A stretch of 64,000 nucleotides of DNA from an uncultured Acidobacteriota bacterium. GTDB taxonomy: Bacteria > Acidobacteriota > Thermoanaerobaculia > UBA5066 > DATFVB01. Of the stretch, positions 9,808 through 19,681 are shown one piece after another. The DNA is taken from contig CAWEYG010000003.1 in NCBI GenBank assembly GCA_963813155.1, positions 896,001 to 960,000 of the forward strand. The letters run 5' to 3'. The notes below the pieces were generated by a model, which was not told where the DNA came from, did no database searches, and saw only the letters and a program-made list of their open reading frames with translations. The translations under genes were made by a program, and so were the position numbers. Each line of letters opens with the position of its first letter. The stretch's first letter is position 1.

Positions 9808-11901
9808 ATGCCTCGCGTGACTGACCGACCGACGGGGCCTCTCGACGAAGCCCCCGGCATTGGTGCCGTCGAAAAGACGCTTTCTCCGGGCGCGATGCTC
9901 GGCTCGCGGTACAGGATCCTCTCGGTGCTCGGGTTTGGAGGAATGGGCGTCGTCTATCGGGCGCTCGACCTGACTCTCGATCTCGAGATCGCGCTCAAAC
10001 GCCTGCGGCCGGACAAGATGTCCACGGAGAAGCGCGCCGTGCTGCGGCACGAGATCATCCTCTCGCGCAAGGTGACGCACGAGAACGTCTGCCGGATCTA
10101 CGACCTCCAGGAGATCGACGGCGTCGAATACGTCTCGATGGAATACCTCGCCGGAAAGTCGTTGAAGGACATCGAGGAACACGAGGGCGTCCTCCCGCTG
10201 GGACGCGGGCTGTCGATCGCGAAGGGGATCTGCCGCGGCCTCGCGGCCGCCCACAACATCGGAGTGCTTCACCGCGACCTGAAGCCCGAGAACGTCATTG
10301 TCGACGACGCCGGCCGTCCCCGGCTGATGGATTTCGGGATCGCGATCGAACAGAACCGGACCTCCACGGAGAAATCGGGGACGGTCCCCGGTACTCCCCA
10401 GTTCCTCGCGCCGGAGCTCCTGCGGGGCGCCGCGCCCGACGCCCGCACCGACATCTACGCGCTGGGAGTCCTCCTCTTCGAAATGTTCACGGGTCGCGTT
10501 CCGTTCGACGACGGCGACACGACGAAACTGGTCCGAAAGGTTCTTCACGAGACCGCGCCCGAAATCTCCTCACTTCGCCCCGATCTGCCTCCCGAGCTCG
10601 CCTCGATCCTCCAGCGCGCGATCGCGAAGGATCCCGCCGCCCGATTCGGGTCGGCCGAGGACGTCGCTTCCGCCATCGAGGGCTACGAGGGGTCATTCCT
10701 CGACAAGGCGCTTCGCGAAGTCTCGGTGGCCCGCGCAAAGTCGGTCCGGCTGCTCGTCATGCTCGAAGCGAACAAGGCGCTGGCCGCCACCTTCGATCCG
10801 ACGGAAATCCTGCGGATCATCCTCAAGACCGCGACCGCCGAGACCGACGCGGAGCGGGGAACGATCTTTCTCGTGGAGCCGGAAACCCGCGTCCTCGTCT
10901 CGCAGATCCTCGAGGGAGGTGCGGTCAGCCCGATCCGCGTTCCCTGGGGGCAGGGAATCGCGGGAGCCTGCGCGGCCGAAGGCAAGCCGATCCTCACGAC
11001 GAACGTCGAATCCGACCCCCGGCACGACCGGGGCCCGGACTCGACCTCGGGATTCAAGACCCTGTCTCTGCTCGCGGCGCCGATGAAGACGCCGTCGGGA
11101 GAAGTCGTCGGCGTCATCGAGGTGCTCAACAAGAGGAAAAACGCGTTCTCGCGGGAGGACGAGGAGTTCCTTGGCGCGGTGGCGGAACACGCCGCCCTTG
11201 CCGTCTCGAGCTCCCGCCAACATCAGAGCGCGGTCGACGAAGCGGCGGAGACCGCGCGCGCGGAGATGTTGAGCGCTCTGCGGCCGATGCTTTCGCCGAC
11301 GCAATGGCCGGAAACGCCGGGGTTCGAGTCGGAGCCGCTGCGCTGGCGCTCCCCGACGCCCCACCTCCTCGGCTACGAGGCGGCCTACCGCGACGAGTTC
11401 CTCACTCTCGCCCTCGCCGAAGATTCCCGGCCGCTGGCCGACGGCATCTTCGATCTTCTCTCCGCGATCTCGGATCTGCGCAACCGCGGCACCGGCCCCG
11501 CGCTCGGGCCCGTGGTGGCTTCGATCGGCCAGCGCGTCGAGCGCGTCGTCGCCGCCCGGCTCGGAAAGGACGCGATCGAGCTCTACGCGTCGGGGGCAAC
11601 ACTCCCTTTCCTGTTCCGGAACGGCCGGCCCTGCCCGTTCGAATCGGAACGCGACGGCGACCTGCGCCGGGCGAGAGTGCCGCTGGCGCCGGGCGATCTC
11701 GTGCTGATCCCTTCGGAGGGACTCGTGTCGGTTCTCGGCGACCGGACCGGAGAGCTCGAGAGCCATCTCCAGAGGGCCGCAAAGCTCGCCGCGACCGGGA
11801 CGATTGCCGGCACGTTCACCGACCTCGTCGCTCGATGGAAGGCCGAGGGAAAGAGCCCGGGGACGAAGGATCTCCTTCTTCTGGGCGCCCGAAAACTCTG
11901 A
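9808..11901 (+). CDS. Ser/Thr protein kinase with GAF domain and degenerate SpoIIE/PP2C-like C-terminus
   Basis: LGFGGMGVVY, ALK, HRDLKPEN, MDFG, GTPQFLAPE; GAF with GIAG and LNKR..F..ED; tail LAPGDLVLIPSEGL...DLLLL. Confidence 0.85.
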   Translation: MPRVTDRPTGPLDEAPGIGAVEKTLSPGAMLGSRYRILSVLGFGGMGVVYRALDLTLDLEIALKRLRPDKMSTEKRAVLRHEIILSRKVTHENVCRIYDLQEIDGVEYVSMEYLAGKSLKDIEEHEGVLPLGRGLSIAKGICRGLAAAHNIGVLHRDLKPENVIVDDAGRPRLMDFGIAIEQNRTSTEKSGTVPGTPQFLAPELLRGAAPDARTDIYALGVLLFEMFTGRVPFDDGDTTKLVRKVLHETAPEISSLRPDLPPELASILQRAIAKDPAARFGSAEDVASAIEGYEGSFLDKALREVSVARAKSVRLLVMLEANKALAATFDPTEILRIILKTATAETDAERGTIFLVEPETRVLVSQILEGGAVSPIRVPWGQGIAGACAAEGKPILTTNVESDPRHDRGPDSTSGFKTLSLLAAPMKTPSGEVVGVIEVLNKRKNAFSREDEEFLGAVAEHAALAVSSSRQHQSAVDEAAETARAEMLSALRPMLSPTQWPETPGFESEPLRWRSPTPHLLGYEAAYRDEFLTLALAEDSRPLADGIFDLLSAISDLRNRGTGPALGPVVASIGQRVERVVAARLGKDAIELYASGATLPFLFRNGRPCPFESERDGDLRRARVPLAPGDLVLIPSEGLVSVLGDRTGELESHLQRAAKLAATGTIAGTFTDLVARWKAEGKSPGTKDLLLLGARKL

Positions 11902-11907
11902 CCGGGC

Positions 11908-11940
11908 AAAGAAAAAGGGCGGAGACGAAAGTCTCCGCCC
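11908..11940 (-). terminator. Rho-independent terminator between convergent genes
   Basis: GGGCGGAGAC-GAAA-GTCTCCGCCC 10-bp stem with an A run on its left (U-tract on the minus strand). Confidence 0.85.
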
Positions 11941-11964
11941 GAGTGAACGCTCCGATCTCGCCGA

Positions 11965-12273
11965 TCAGTACCGGCTGCCTCCTCGAAACCCGCCGCGGCT
12001 GCGACCTTCGCCGCCGCCCCGCGGCCGGTCGGTCTGGGGCCGCGCTTCGTTGACGGTGAGATTTCGCCCCTTGAAGTCGGTGCCGTTCAAAGCGGACATT
12101 GCCTTGCGGGCGGAGTCGTCGTCGTTGAACTCCACGAAACCGAATCCTTTGGAGCGGCCGGTGTCGCGGTCCATGATGACCTTGGCGGACGCGACTTCGC
12201 CGTACTCGGAAAAAGCGTCTCTCAGGTCGTTTTCGGAGGTTTCGTAGGAGAGGTTACCCACATAGAGCTTCAT
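11965..12273 (-). CDS. RRM RNA-binding protein with Gly/Arg-rich tail
   Basis: KLYVGNL (RNP2), KGFGFVEF (RNP1), VNEAR. Confidence 0.95.
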   Translation of the reverse strand: MKLYVGNLSYETSENDLRDAFSEYGEVASAKVIMDRDTGRSKGFGFVEFNDDDSARKAMSALNGTDFKGRNLTVNEARPQTDRPRGGGEGRSRGGFRGGSRY

Positions 12274-12373
12274 CGAATCAATCCTTTCAGAGGGGTGACG
12301 ACATGTCATCCCTGTCCCGCTTCAGGGGGACCAATTCGATAACTTTTCCGATTCAGGGGTTATTCCAGGAAGG

Positions 12374-12733
12374 TCAGCGGCCTGTTCCCCCGGCCAGGAT
12401 CTGGTTGACCCGCGTGATACTCATCTCAAGGGCCTCTCGGGTCGCCTCGTAGTCTTTCTCCTGGGCGTTGAAAACGACCTCGTCTCCCTGAAATTCGATC
12501 CTCGACGCCAGGACGGCCCGGGCCGGGGGAAGGCCGAACAGCGACGCGCGAAAGGCGCGAGTCCAGGAGGGAGAAACCGCTTCTTCGAGGCGGAAGCTGT
12601 AGCGGCGCCGGCCCGGCTCATTGCCTTCGGAGACGGTCGGCGGACCGGGGCGAAGCCGGACGTTCGGGCCCGCAACGGGATCGCCGGTCCGGCGGAATTT
12701 CTTTCGGTACACGACTCTGCGAGCGATAGACAC
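12374..12733 (-). CDS. Hypothetical protein
   Basis: ORF fills the intergenic space and has a purine-rich upstream region; no recognisable motif. Confidence 0.4.
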   Translation of the reverse strand: MSIARRVVYRKKFRRTGDPVAGPNVRLRPGPPTVSEGNEPGRRRYSFRLEEAVSPSWTRAFRASLFGLPPARAVLASRIEFQGDEVVFNAQEKDYEATREALEMSITRVNQILAGGTGR

Positions 12734-12825
12734 CTCCCCTTCCGGGGCATTTTGACTCGAAGACGCGGAGTTGTAAAGTCAACCCGGACGGCCGGACGGT
12801 CGTCCAAACGGAGAGGAGGCAACCG

Positions 12826-13131
12826 ATGAAAGGCATTTTCCGATGGCTGGTCTCCGCGGGATTCGCGGCATTGCTCGTTCTAGCGTCGCCGGCGAGCGCC
12901 GCGCGCGTCGTCATCCGCGTCGATCCGCCGGCACTGCGCCATGAAGTGATCATCACGCGGCCCGGGCCGAACCACGTGTGGGTCCCCGGGTACTGGCGCT
13001 GGAGCGGGCGGGAGTACGTGTGGGTCGGAGGCGTCTGGCAGCTTCCCCCGCGGGTGCACGCGAGATGGGTGCCGGGCCACTACCGCCGCGTTCCGGGCGG
13101 ACACGTCTGGATCGAGGGGCACTGGCGCTGA
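12826..13131 (+). CDS. Secreted YXWGXW/WXXGXW-repeat protein
   Basis: Signal peptide; repeats WVPGYW, WVGGVW, WVPGHY, WIEGHW. Confidence 0.9.
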   Translation: MKGIFRWLVSAGFAALLVLASPASAARVVIRVDPPALRHEVIITRPGPNHVWVPGYWRWSGREYVWVGGVWQLPPRVHARWVPGHYRRVPGGHVWIEGHWR

Positions 13132-13156
13132 AGTTTCGCGGCAAGCAAAATCGCGG

Positions 13157-14947
13157 CTAAGGTAAGACCGCGACTCCGAGCGCTCCCGGGCCGCCGTGCG
13201 CTCCGAGCACGGGCGAGCATTCCAGGATGAGCACGTCGGACGAGGGGTAGCGCGATCGGATCTCGCGCGCGAGCCGCTCCGCGGCTTCGAGCGCGTCGGC
13301 ATGCACGACCCCAAACCGCTGCCCGCCGCCGTTTCCCGCGGCTTCGAAGAGCAGGGCCATCATCTTTTGCACGGCGGAGACGTGGCCGAACGCCTTGGCC
13401 GCCTCGTGCGCCTTCCCGTCGCGGCCGATCGTGAGAACGGGCAGGATGCGCAACCATCGCGCAATCCTTCCCTTTCCGGCGGACACGCGGCCTCCCCGCA
13501 CGAGGTGCTCGATCGTCGGGACAGCGACGAAGAGCCGGACCTTCTCGGCCGCCCGGCGGGCCTCGTCCGCCGCCTCTTCGGCCGTCGCGCCCCGCCGGAT
13601 CGCCTCCGCCGCCGCGCGAACGACGAGCCCCTCGGCAATCGAGGCCCCCTTCGAATCGACGGTGACAACCCGGGTCTCGGGAACCGCGCGGGACGCCGTC
13701 ATCGCCGCCTGAAGCGTGCCCGAGAGAGCGCCGGAGAGATGGATCGACACGATCGACCCGTGGTGAACGGCGAGCGACTCGTAGACCTGACGGAAGTCGG
13801 CCGGCGGGGGCTGCGAAGTCTTCGGATATTCGTCGCAGACCGCAAACCTCGCGTAGAACTCGGAAGCGCGGATCGTCACGCGGTCGAGATAGTTCTCGCG
13901 GCCGAAGTGAACGCGCATCGGAACCATCTGGATCTCGAGCTCTTCGAGAAGCGAATCGGGCAGGTCGCAGGCGGAGTCCGTGACGATGCCGACGCGCCCC
14001 TTCCGGCTCTCGTCGAAACGCTTCTCGTGCTGGTGCCGCATGTCCTCGACCTTCGTCTGCTCCACGGTCGCGAGCTCGGCGAGCTGCGAAAAGACGATCT
14101 CGGGCTCGTTCGTGTGGACGTGCACGCGCATCTTCGAGGCGCCGCCCGCGATGACGAGCGAATCCCCCAGGAGAGCCATCCTCTGCCTCAACGCGTCGCG
14201 GTCGAGCGAGATCCCCTCGAGCAGCGCCTCGGTGCAGAACCGAAACAGGATCGACTCGGGAGATCGGTCGAAGGTGGCGGCGGCGACGTCCGGCGGAGGC
14301 TCCGGGATCGCGCGGCGCGCGGCCTCGCGGATGTAGCGCACGATCCCCTCGAGCAGGTACACGAACCCCTGCGCCCCGGCGTCGACGACGCCGGATTTCT
14401 TCAAAAGGGCGAGCTTTTCCGGCGTCCGGGCGAGCGACGCCGACGCCGCCTGCAGCGAGCGGTCGAGGAGGGCGCCGAAGTCTTTCACGTTCGAGGCCTG
14501 CGCGACGACGTCCTGGGCCCAGTCGCGGAGAACCGTGAGGATCGTTCCCTCCTGGGGCCTCTGGATCGCCGCTCGGGCCGACTCGGCCCCCTTCAGGACC
14601 GCCTGTCCGAATTCGTTCGTGTCGATTCGCTGCTTCTCGGGAACGCCTTCCGAGAAACCCGTGAAGAACTGGGCCAGGATCGCGCCCGAATTTCCCCGCG
14701 CGCCGGACACCGCCTCGTCGGCGATCGCGAGCGCCGCCTGGCGCGCGCCGATCTCTTTTCCGAACGCCGCGCGGTGGGCGATGCGGGAGAGGGTCATCGC
14801 CATGTTGGTTCCCGTGTCCCCGTCGGGAACGGGATAGACGTTGATCCGGTTGAGCGGTTCCGCCCGATCGGTGACGAAACGCGCGCCCGCAATCAGGGCG
14901 CGGCGCAGCCTTCGCCCGTCGAGGTAGCGGATTCCGGATTTTTTCAT
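13157..14947 (-). CDS. DAK2 (FakA-like) plus DegV (FakB-like) fusion, fatty acid kinase family
   Basis: INVYPVPDGDTGTNM, GARGNSG, EGTILTV, GVVDAG, FCTE, VHVHT; then DSACDLP, PKTSQP, SGT, GGR, GAHGGPG. Confidence 0.9.
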   Translation of the reverse strand: MKKSGIRYLDGRRLRRALIAGARFVTDRAEPLNRINVYPVPDGDTGTNMAMTLSRIAHRAAFGKEIGARQAALAIADEAVSGARGNSGAILAQFFTGFSEGVPEKQRIDTNEFGQAVLKGAESARAAIQRPQEGTILTVLRDWAQDVVAQASNVKDFGALLDRSLQAASASLARTPEKLALLKKSGVVDAGAQGFVYLLEGIVRYIREAARRAIPEPPPDVAAATFDRSPESILFRFCTEALLEGISLDRDALRQRMALLGDSLVIAGGASKMRVHVHTNEPEIVFSQLAELATVEQTKVEDMRHQHEKRFDESRKGRVGIVTDSACDLPDSLLEELEIQMVPMRVHFGRENYLDRVTIRASEFYARFAVCDEYPKTSQPPPADFRQVYESLAVHHGSIVSIHLSGALSGTLQAAMTASRAVPETRVVTVDSKGASIAEGLVVRAAAEAIRRGATAEEAADEARRAAEKVRLFVAVPTIEHLVRGGRVSAGKGRIARWLRILPVLTIGRDGKAHEAAKAFGHVSAVQKMMALLFEAAGNGGGQRFGVVHADALEAAERLAREIRSRYPSSDVLILECSPVLGAHGGPGALGVAVLP

Positions 14948-14987
14948 GTTCGCCGGGAAGGGACGATATCAGATGGCGCGGGGAGGA

Positions 14988-15272
14988 TTACGGTTTGAGC
15001 GGCTCCCGCGAGGCGGAATTCGAGACCGCGCCCGACAGCTCGCCGTGGCCCTGTTCGGTTCGCTTGTACTCGCCGGCGAGCACCTGGACCTTGTCGAGGT
15101 AGAGAAGAACGACGCCGCAGCTCATGCACGCCCACGGGTACGCGCGGTTGTGCGGCGCCGCCATCTTCAGGAATCCCGACCAGGGGGGCGTGTACACGAT
15201 GTGCCAGCTGGGCTTGGAGCGCAGCATGTCTCCGGAGCAGAACGGACACTTGCGGACGAAGAATTTTCCCAT
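14988..15272 (-). CDS. Small Zn-ribbon-like hypothetical protein
   Basis: CPFC and CMSC pairs. Confidence 0.55.
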   Translation of the reverse strand: MGKFFVRKCPFCSGDMLRSKPSWHIVYTPPWSGFLKMAAPHNRAYPWACMSCGVVLLYLDKVQVLAGEYKRTEQGHGELSGAVSNSASREPLKP

Positions 15273-15312
15273 CGCGTTCAGGCGAAAGATACCAGACTCC
15301 CGGGGCGAGCCG

Positions 15313-16766
15313 TCAGGGACCGGGCTTCCACCGAAGGATCGGGTTCTTCGCCGCGCGGACTTCGTCGACCCGGCGAACCGGAGTCGTGTACGGCGCGTCG
15401 GCGAACATCTCGGGCTTCTCCTCCGCTTCCTTCGCGATCGCGCGCATCGCGTCCACGAACGCGTCGAGCTCGGGCTTGCCTTCGGTTTCCGTCGGCTCGA
15501 TCATGAGCGCTCCCGCGACGATCAGCGGAAAGGACACCGTCGGAGGCGGAAACCCGTAGTCCATCAGCCGCTTCGCGATGTCGCCGTTGTGCACTCCGTG
15601 CTCGGCCTGTCGCTTGTCGGAGAAGACGACCTCGTGCATCGTCGGAGCGTCGTATTTCAGGTGGTAGAGGTCCGCCAGGCGCGCGCGGATGTAGTTCGCG
15701 TTGAGAACGGCGTCCCTCGCGACCTCGCCGATCTCCCGCCCGTACGTCAGGATGTACGAGACCGCGCGCACGAGGACGCCGAACTGCGACGAAAACGACC
15801 TCAGGCGGCCGACCGATTCCGGACGGTCCGCGTCGAGCCGGAACGTGCCGTCCGGGTTGCGCTCGACCGTCGGGACCGGAAGGTGCGGGACGAGCGCTTC
15901 GCAGACCGCGACCGGGCCGGCGCCGGGGCCGCCCCCGCCGTGGGGGGTCGAAAACGTCTTGTGCAGGTTCATGTGCATCACGTCGATCCCCATCGCGCCG
16001 GGATTGGCGAGACCGACGAACGCGTTGAAATTCGCGCCGTCGCCGTACAGGAATCCGCCCTTTCCGTGGACGATCTCCGCGATCTCGGTGATCCGGCGCT
16101 CGAAGATGCCCGAGAGTGTTCGGGACGGTCATCATCAGGGCCGCGACCTCGCCGGTCATCGCCTCTTCGAGAACGTGGAGGTCGAGGCGGCCGTTCGCGT
16201 TGGACTTCAGCTCCTTCACCTCGTAGCCGGCGAAGCTCGCCGTGGCCGGATTCGTTCCGTGCGCGGAGTCGGGAATGAGCACGTACTTGCGCGGGTCTCC
16301 GCGTTTTTCGAGGGCCTTGCGCACCATCAGAATGCCGGCGAGCTCTCCCTGGGCTCCGGCGCACGGCGTGAGCGTCACGCGCGGCAGGCCCGTCAGTTCC
16401 GACAGGAAACGCTCGAGCATCCACATCAATTCGAGGTTCCCCTGGGCGAGCGCTTCCGGCGCGCAGGGATGCGTCGCCGCGAAGCCCGGGAGCCGCGCCA
16501 TCTCCTCGTTGATCCTCGGGTTGTGCTTCATCGTGCACGAACCGAGCGGATACAGGCCGTCCTCGATTCCGAGGTTCAGGCGCGAGAGCCGGGTGAAATG
16601 CCGCGCGACGTCGACCTCCGAGACCTCCGTTTCCCCTTCGATCTCGCCTCGGAGCAGCTCCGGAAGGAATCGCGAGCTTCTCTTCGACGTCCAGCGGCGG
16701 AAGGGAATAACCCCTCTTTCCCGGCCGGGACCGCTCGAAAATCAGGGGCTCTTCGCGAATTTTCAT
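15313..16766 (-). CDS. gcvPB: Glycine dehydrogenase subunit 2 (two frameshifts, near 16650 and 16110)
   Basis: EPLIFERS, PLGSCTMKHNP, AGAQGE, SAHGTNPA, NLHKTFSTPHGGGGPG, IEPTETE across three frames. Confidence 0.9.
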
Positions 16767-18089
16767 GAGATCTTCGCGAGCTCCGCGGCGTAGAGATCCA
16801 TTTCTTCTTTCGTGTTCATTTCCGTCACGGCGACGAGCATTTCGCGGGTCCCGGCCCGGGAACCAGCGCGTCAGCGGGACCCCGGCGAGGATTCCGCGCG
16901 CGCCGAGAAGCGCGACGACTTCTTCCGCGGGCCGCGGGCAGCGCACGCAGAACTCGTTGAACACGGGCCCGCGGGTCTCGATCGAGAATCCGCGCGTCGC
17001 CGCGATCCGGGTCTTCAGGTAGTCGGCCTTCGAGGCGCACTGAACCGCCGTCTCCCGCAGCCCGGCCTTTCCGAGAAGGGAGAGGTACACGTTGGAGCAG
17101 AGCGCCATGAGGCCCTGGTTCGTGCAGATGTTCGACGTCGCCTTCTCGCGGCGGATGTGCTGCTCTCGGGTGGAAAGGGTGAGGCAGAACGCGCGTTTGC
17201 CTTCGGAATCGACCGATTGGCCGGCGAGCCGGCCGGGCATCTGGCGCTTGTGCGCGTCGCGGCAGGCGAGAAAACCGAGCGCGGGAGCGCCGAACGACAT
17301 CGGAACGCCGAGGGAACGCGCTTCCCCGCACGCGATGTCGAGACCGCATTCTCCCGGCGACTTCAGCAGCGCCAGGGAAGCCGCCTCGGCGACGACCGCG
17401 ACGGCGGCCGCGCCGCTCGATTGCGCCGCCGTTCGCGCGAGCTCCCAGCTCCGGACGGCGCCGAAGAAGTCCGGCGACTGCATGGCGACGGCGAAGGTCT
17501 GCGAATCGACGGCCGCGCCGAAGTCTTCGTCCTCGACTTCGACGAGGTCGAGCGACAGGTTGTGAAAATACGTCTTCGCCGTGTCGAGATAGTCCGGATG
17601 GATGTTCTTCGACACGACGGCGCGCCGCCGGCCCTTGACGAGGCGGCTCGCCATCAGCAGGGCTTCGACGAGCGCGGTCGCGCCCTCGTAAAGGGAGGCG
17701 TTCGCCACTTCCATCCCCGTCAGCAGGGCGAGGTGGGTCTGCCATTCGAAGATCGACTGGAGCGTGCCCTGCGAAATCTCGGGCTGGTAGGGGGTATAGG
17801 ACGAGAGCCATTCCTCGCGGTACAGCGTCTGGTCCGCGATCGCGGGCACGTAGTGGTGGTAACAGCCGGCTCCGAGAAAATGCGCATGGCTCTTCGCGTC
17901 GGCGTTTCGCGCGGCGAGCCGGCCGAGCTCGCGGCGGATTTCGATCTCGGACCTGGGAGCCGGCAGATCGGGCTTTCCTCGCAATCGGACCGCGGAAGGC
18001 ACGTCGCGAAACAGATCTTCGACGGAGTCGACACCGATCGCGGCGAGCATGTCGCGGCGCTCGTCGTCCGAAGAGGGGAGAAATTTCAT
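16763..18089 (-). CDS. gcvPA: Glycine dehydrogenase subunit 1 (frameshift near 16850)
   Basis: FLGAG.Y, YTPYQPEISQG, NASLYEG, REQHIRREKATSNICTNQ; C-terminus VAVTEMNT..* in an alternate frame. Confidence 0.9.
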
Positions 18090-18090
18090 C

Positions 18091-18483
18091 TCAGTGTTCT
18101 TGCGATTCTTCCTTGACGAAAGCTTCGTATCCCTTCGCGTCCATCAAGTCGGTCACGTCGTCGGTCGAGAGCTTGAGTTTGATGAGCCACCCGTCTCCGT
18201 AAGAGTCCTCGTTCAGGGCGGCCGGATCTTCCACCGCCTGCTTGTTGATTTCGGTCACCTCGCCGGCAACGGGGGAAAAGAGCTCCGAGACCGCCTTGAC
18301 GGACTCGACCGTGCCGAATTCCTGCCCCGAATCGAAGACGTGCCCGACTTCGGGCAGTTCGACGTACACGATCTCGCCGAGCTCTTTCTGGGCGTACTCG
18401 GTGATGCCGACCGTCGCCGTGTCGCCGTCGACCCGAACCCACTCGTGGCTTCGCGAATAATGCAGATCGTCGGGAAATTTCAT
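18091..18483 (-). CDS. gcvH: Glycine cleavage H protein
   Basis: HEWV, GITEYAQ..LG, VESVKAVSE lipoyl-Lys motif, YGDGW. Confidence 0.95.
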   Translation of the reverse strand: MKFPDDLHYSRSHEWVRVDGDTATVGITEYAQKELGEIVYVELPEVGHVFDSGQEFGTVESVKAVSELFSPVAGEVTEINKQAVEDPAALNEDSYGDGWLIKLKLSTDDVTDLMDAKGYEAFVKEESQEH

Positions 18484-18503
18484 TTCTCTCTTCCTCTCGC
18501 CCG

Positions 18504-19613
18504 TCACTTGGCTTTCTTGTAAAACGGCGTCTCGACGACCCGGGCCCGGGCCGGGCGGCCGCGAAGATCCACCTGAAATTCCGTTCCGACCGCCGCGTCG
18601 GCGATCGGGAGGTAGGCGAGGCCGATCGATTTGCCCAGGGTGGGCGAGGGAATTCCCGACGTCACGACACCCGGGCCCGAAGCCGATTGGGTCTCGTAGC
18701 CGTGCCGCGCGATTCCGCGGTCGAGCAGCTCGAAGCCGGAGAGCTTGCGGCGAAGGCCCTCCGACTTCTGGCGCGCGAGCGCCTCCCGCCCCTGGAACTC
18801 GCCTTTCTTCATCTTCACGATCCACCCGAGATCGGCCTCGAGCGGAGTCACGGTGTCGTCGATGTCGTTGCCGTACAGCGCCATCTTCGCCTCGAGCCTC
18901 AGCGTGTCGCGCGCGCCGAGCCCGCAGGGCAGCACGTCGAATCGACGCCCCGTTTCGAGGATCTCGCGGAAGAGCCGCGCGGCGTCTCCCGGATCGCAGT
19001 AGATCTCGAACCCGCTCTCGCCCGTGTACCCGGTTCGGGAGACGATCGCCCGGGCTCCGGAGACCTCGGCCTCCACGAAACCGTAGTACGGGATGCGGGA
19101 GAGATCGGCGGCGGTCATCGGCGACAGCACCTCTTCCGCGCGCGGGCCCTGGAGCGCGAGCAGGGCGAAGTCGTCGCTTCGGTCCTCGACCCGGACCCGA
19201 AACGCCTTCGAGACCGAGAGCGCGTGCGCGAAGTCCTTCGGCGTGTTGCCGGCGTTGACGACGAGGAGGTACTTCTCCGGGCCGAACCGGTAGACCAGGA
19301 GATCGTCGATGAAGGTTCCCGCCGGAGTCAGCATCGCGGAGTACTGGCATCGCCCGTCCTCGAGAGCGGAAACGTCGTTGCAGGTGAGCCGCTGCAGAAA
19401 GGCGAGGGCGTCCGGGCCCTCGACCGCGAATTCCCCCATGTGCGAAACGTCGAACAGGCCCGCGCGCTCCCGGACGGCCCGGTGCTCGTCGCGGATTCCC
19501 CCGTATTCGACGGGCATTTCCCATCCGCCGAAATCGACCATCTTCGCGCCGAGCTCTCTGTGCACGGAATACAGCGGCGTTCGCTTCAAACCGGGTGCCG
19601 TTTCCGTCGCCAT
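18504..19613 (-). CDS. gcvT: Glycine cleavage aminomethyltransferase T
   Basis: KRTPL, FGGWEMP, FDVSHMG, SRTGYTGE.GFE, GLGARDTLRLEA. Confidence 0.95.
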   Translation of the reverse strand: MATETAPGLKRTPLYSVHRELGAKMVDFGGWEMPVEYGGIRDEHRAVRERAGLFDVSHMGEFAVEGPDALAFLQRLTCNDVSALEDGRCQYSAMLTPAGTFIDDLLVYRFGPEKYLLVVNAGNTPKDFAHALSVSKAFRVRVEDRSDDFALLALQGPRAEEVLSPMTAADLSRIPYYGFVEAEVSGARAIVSRTGYTGESGFEIYCDPGDAARLFREILETGRRFDVLPCGLGARDTLRLEAKMALYGNDIDDTVTPLEADLGWIVKMKKGEFQGREALARQKSEGLRRKLSGFELLDRGIARHGYETQSASGPGVVTSGIPSPTLGKSIGLAYLPIADAAVGTEFQVDLRGRPARARVVETPFYKKAK

Positions 19614-19681
19614 CGAAGGCGCAAAATTACATCGCGCCCCCCCGCGAGTCAAACCGCGTTGATAGAATCGCCGAAAGCGAC

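Noticed and set aside
12961-13128. Tandem DNA repeat or CRISPR-like array
   Set aside because: The repeats are protein-level WxxGxW motifs; no CRISPR array or cas gene is seen in the window
15978-19524. Apparent gcvPA-PB and gcvT-H fusions in the ORF track
   Set aside because: Artefacts of frameshifts and open alternate frames; separate starts and stops are identifiable
19614-19681. Glycine riboswitch upstream of gcvT
   Set aside because: Only 68 nt to the divergent gene and no aptamer consensus
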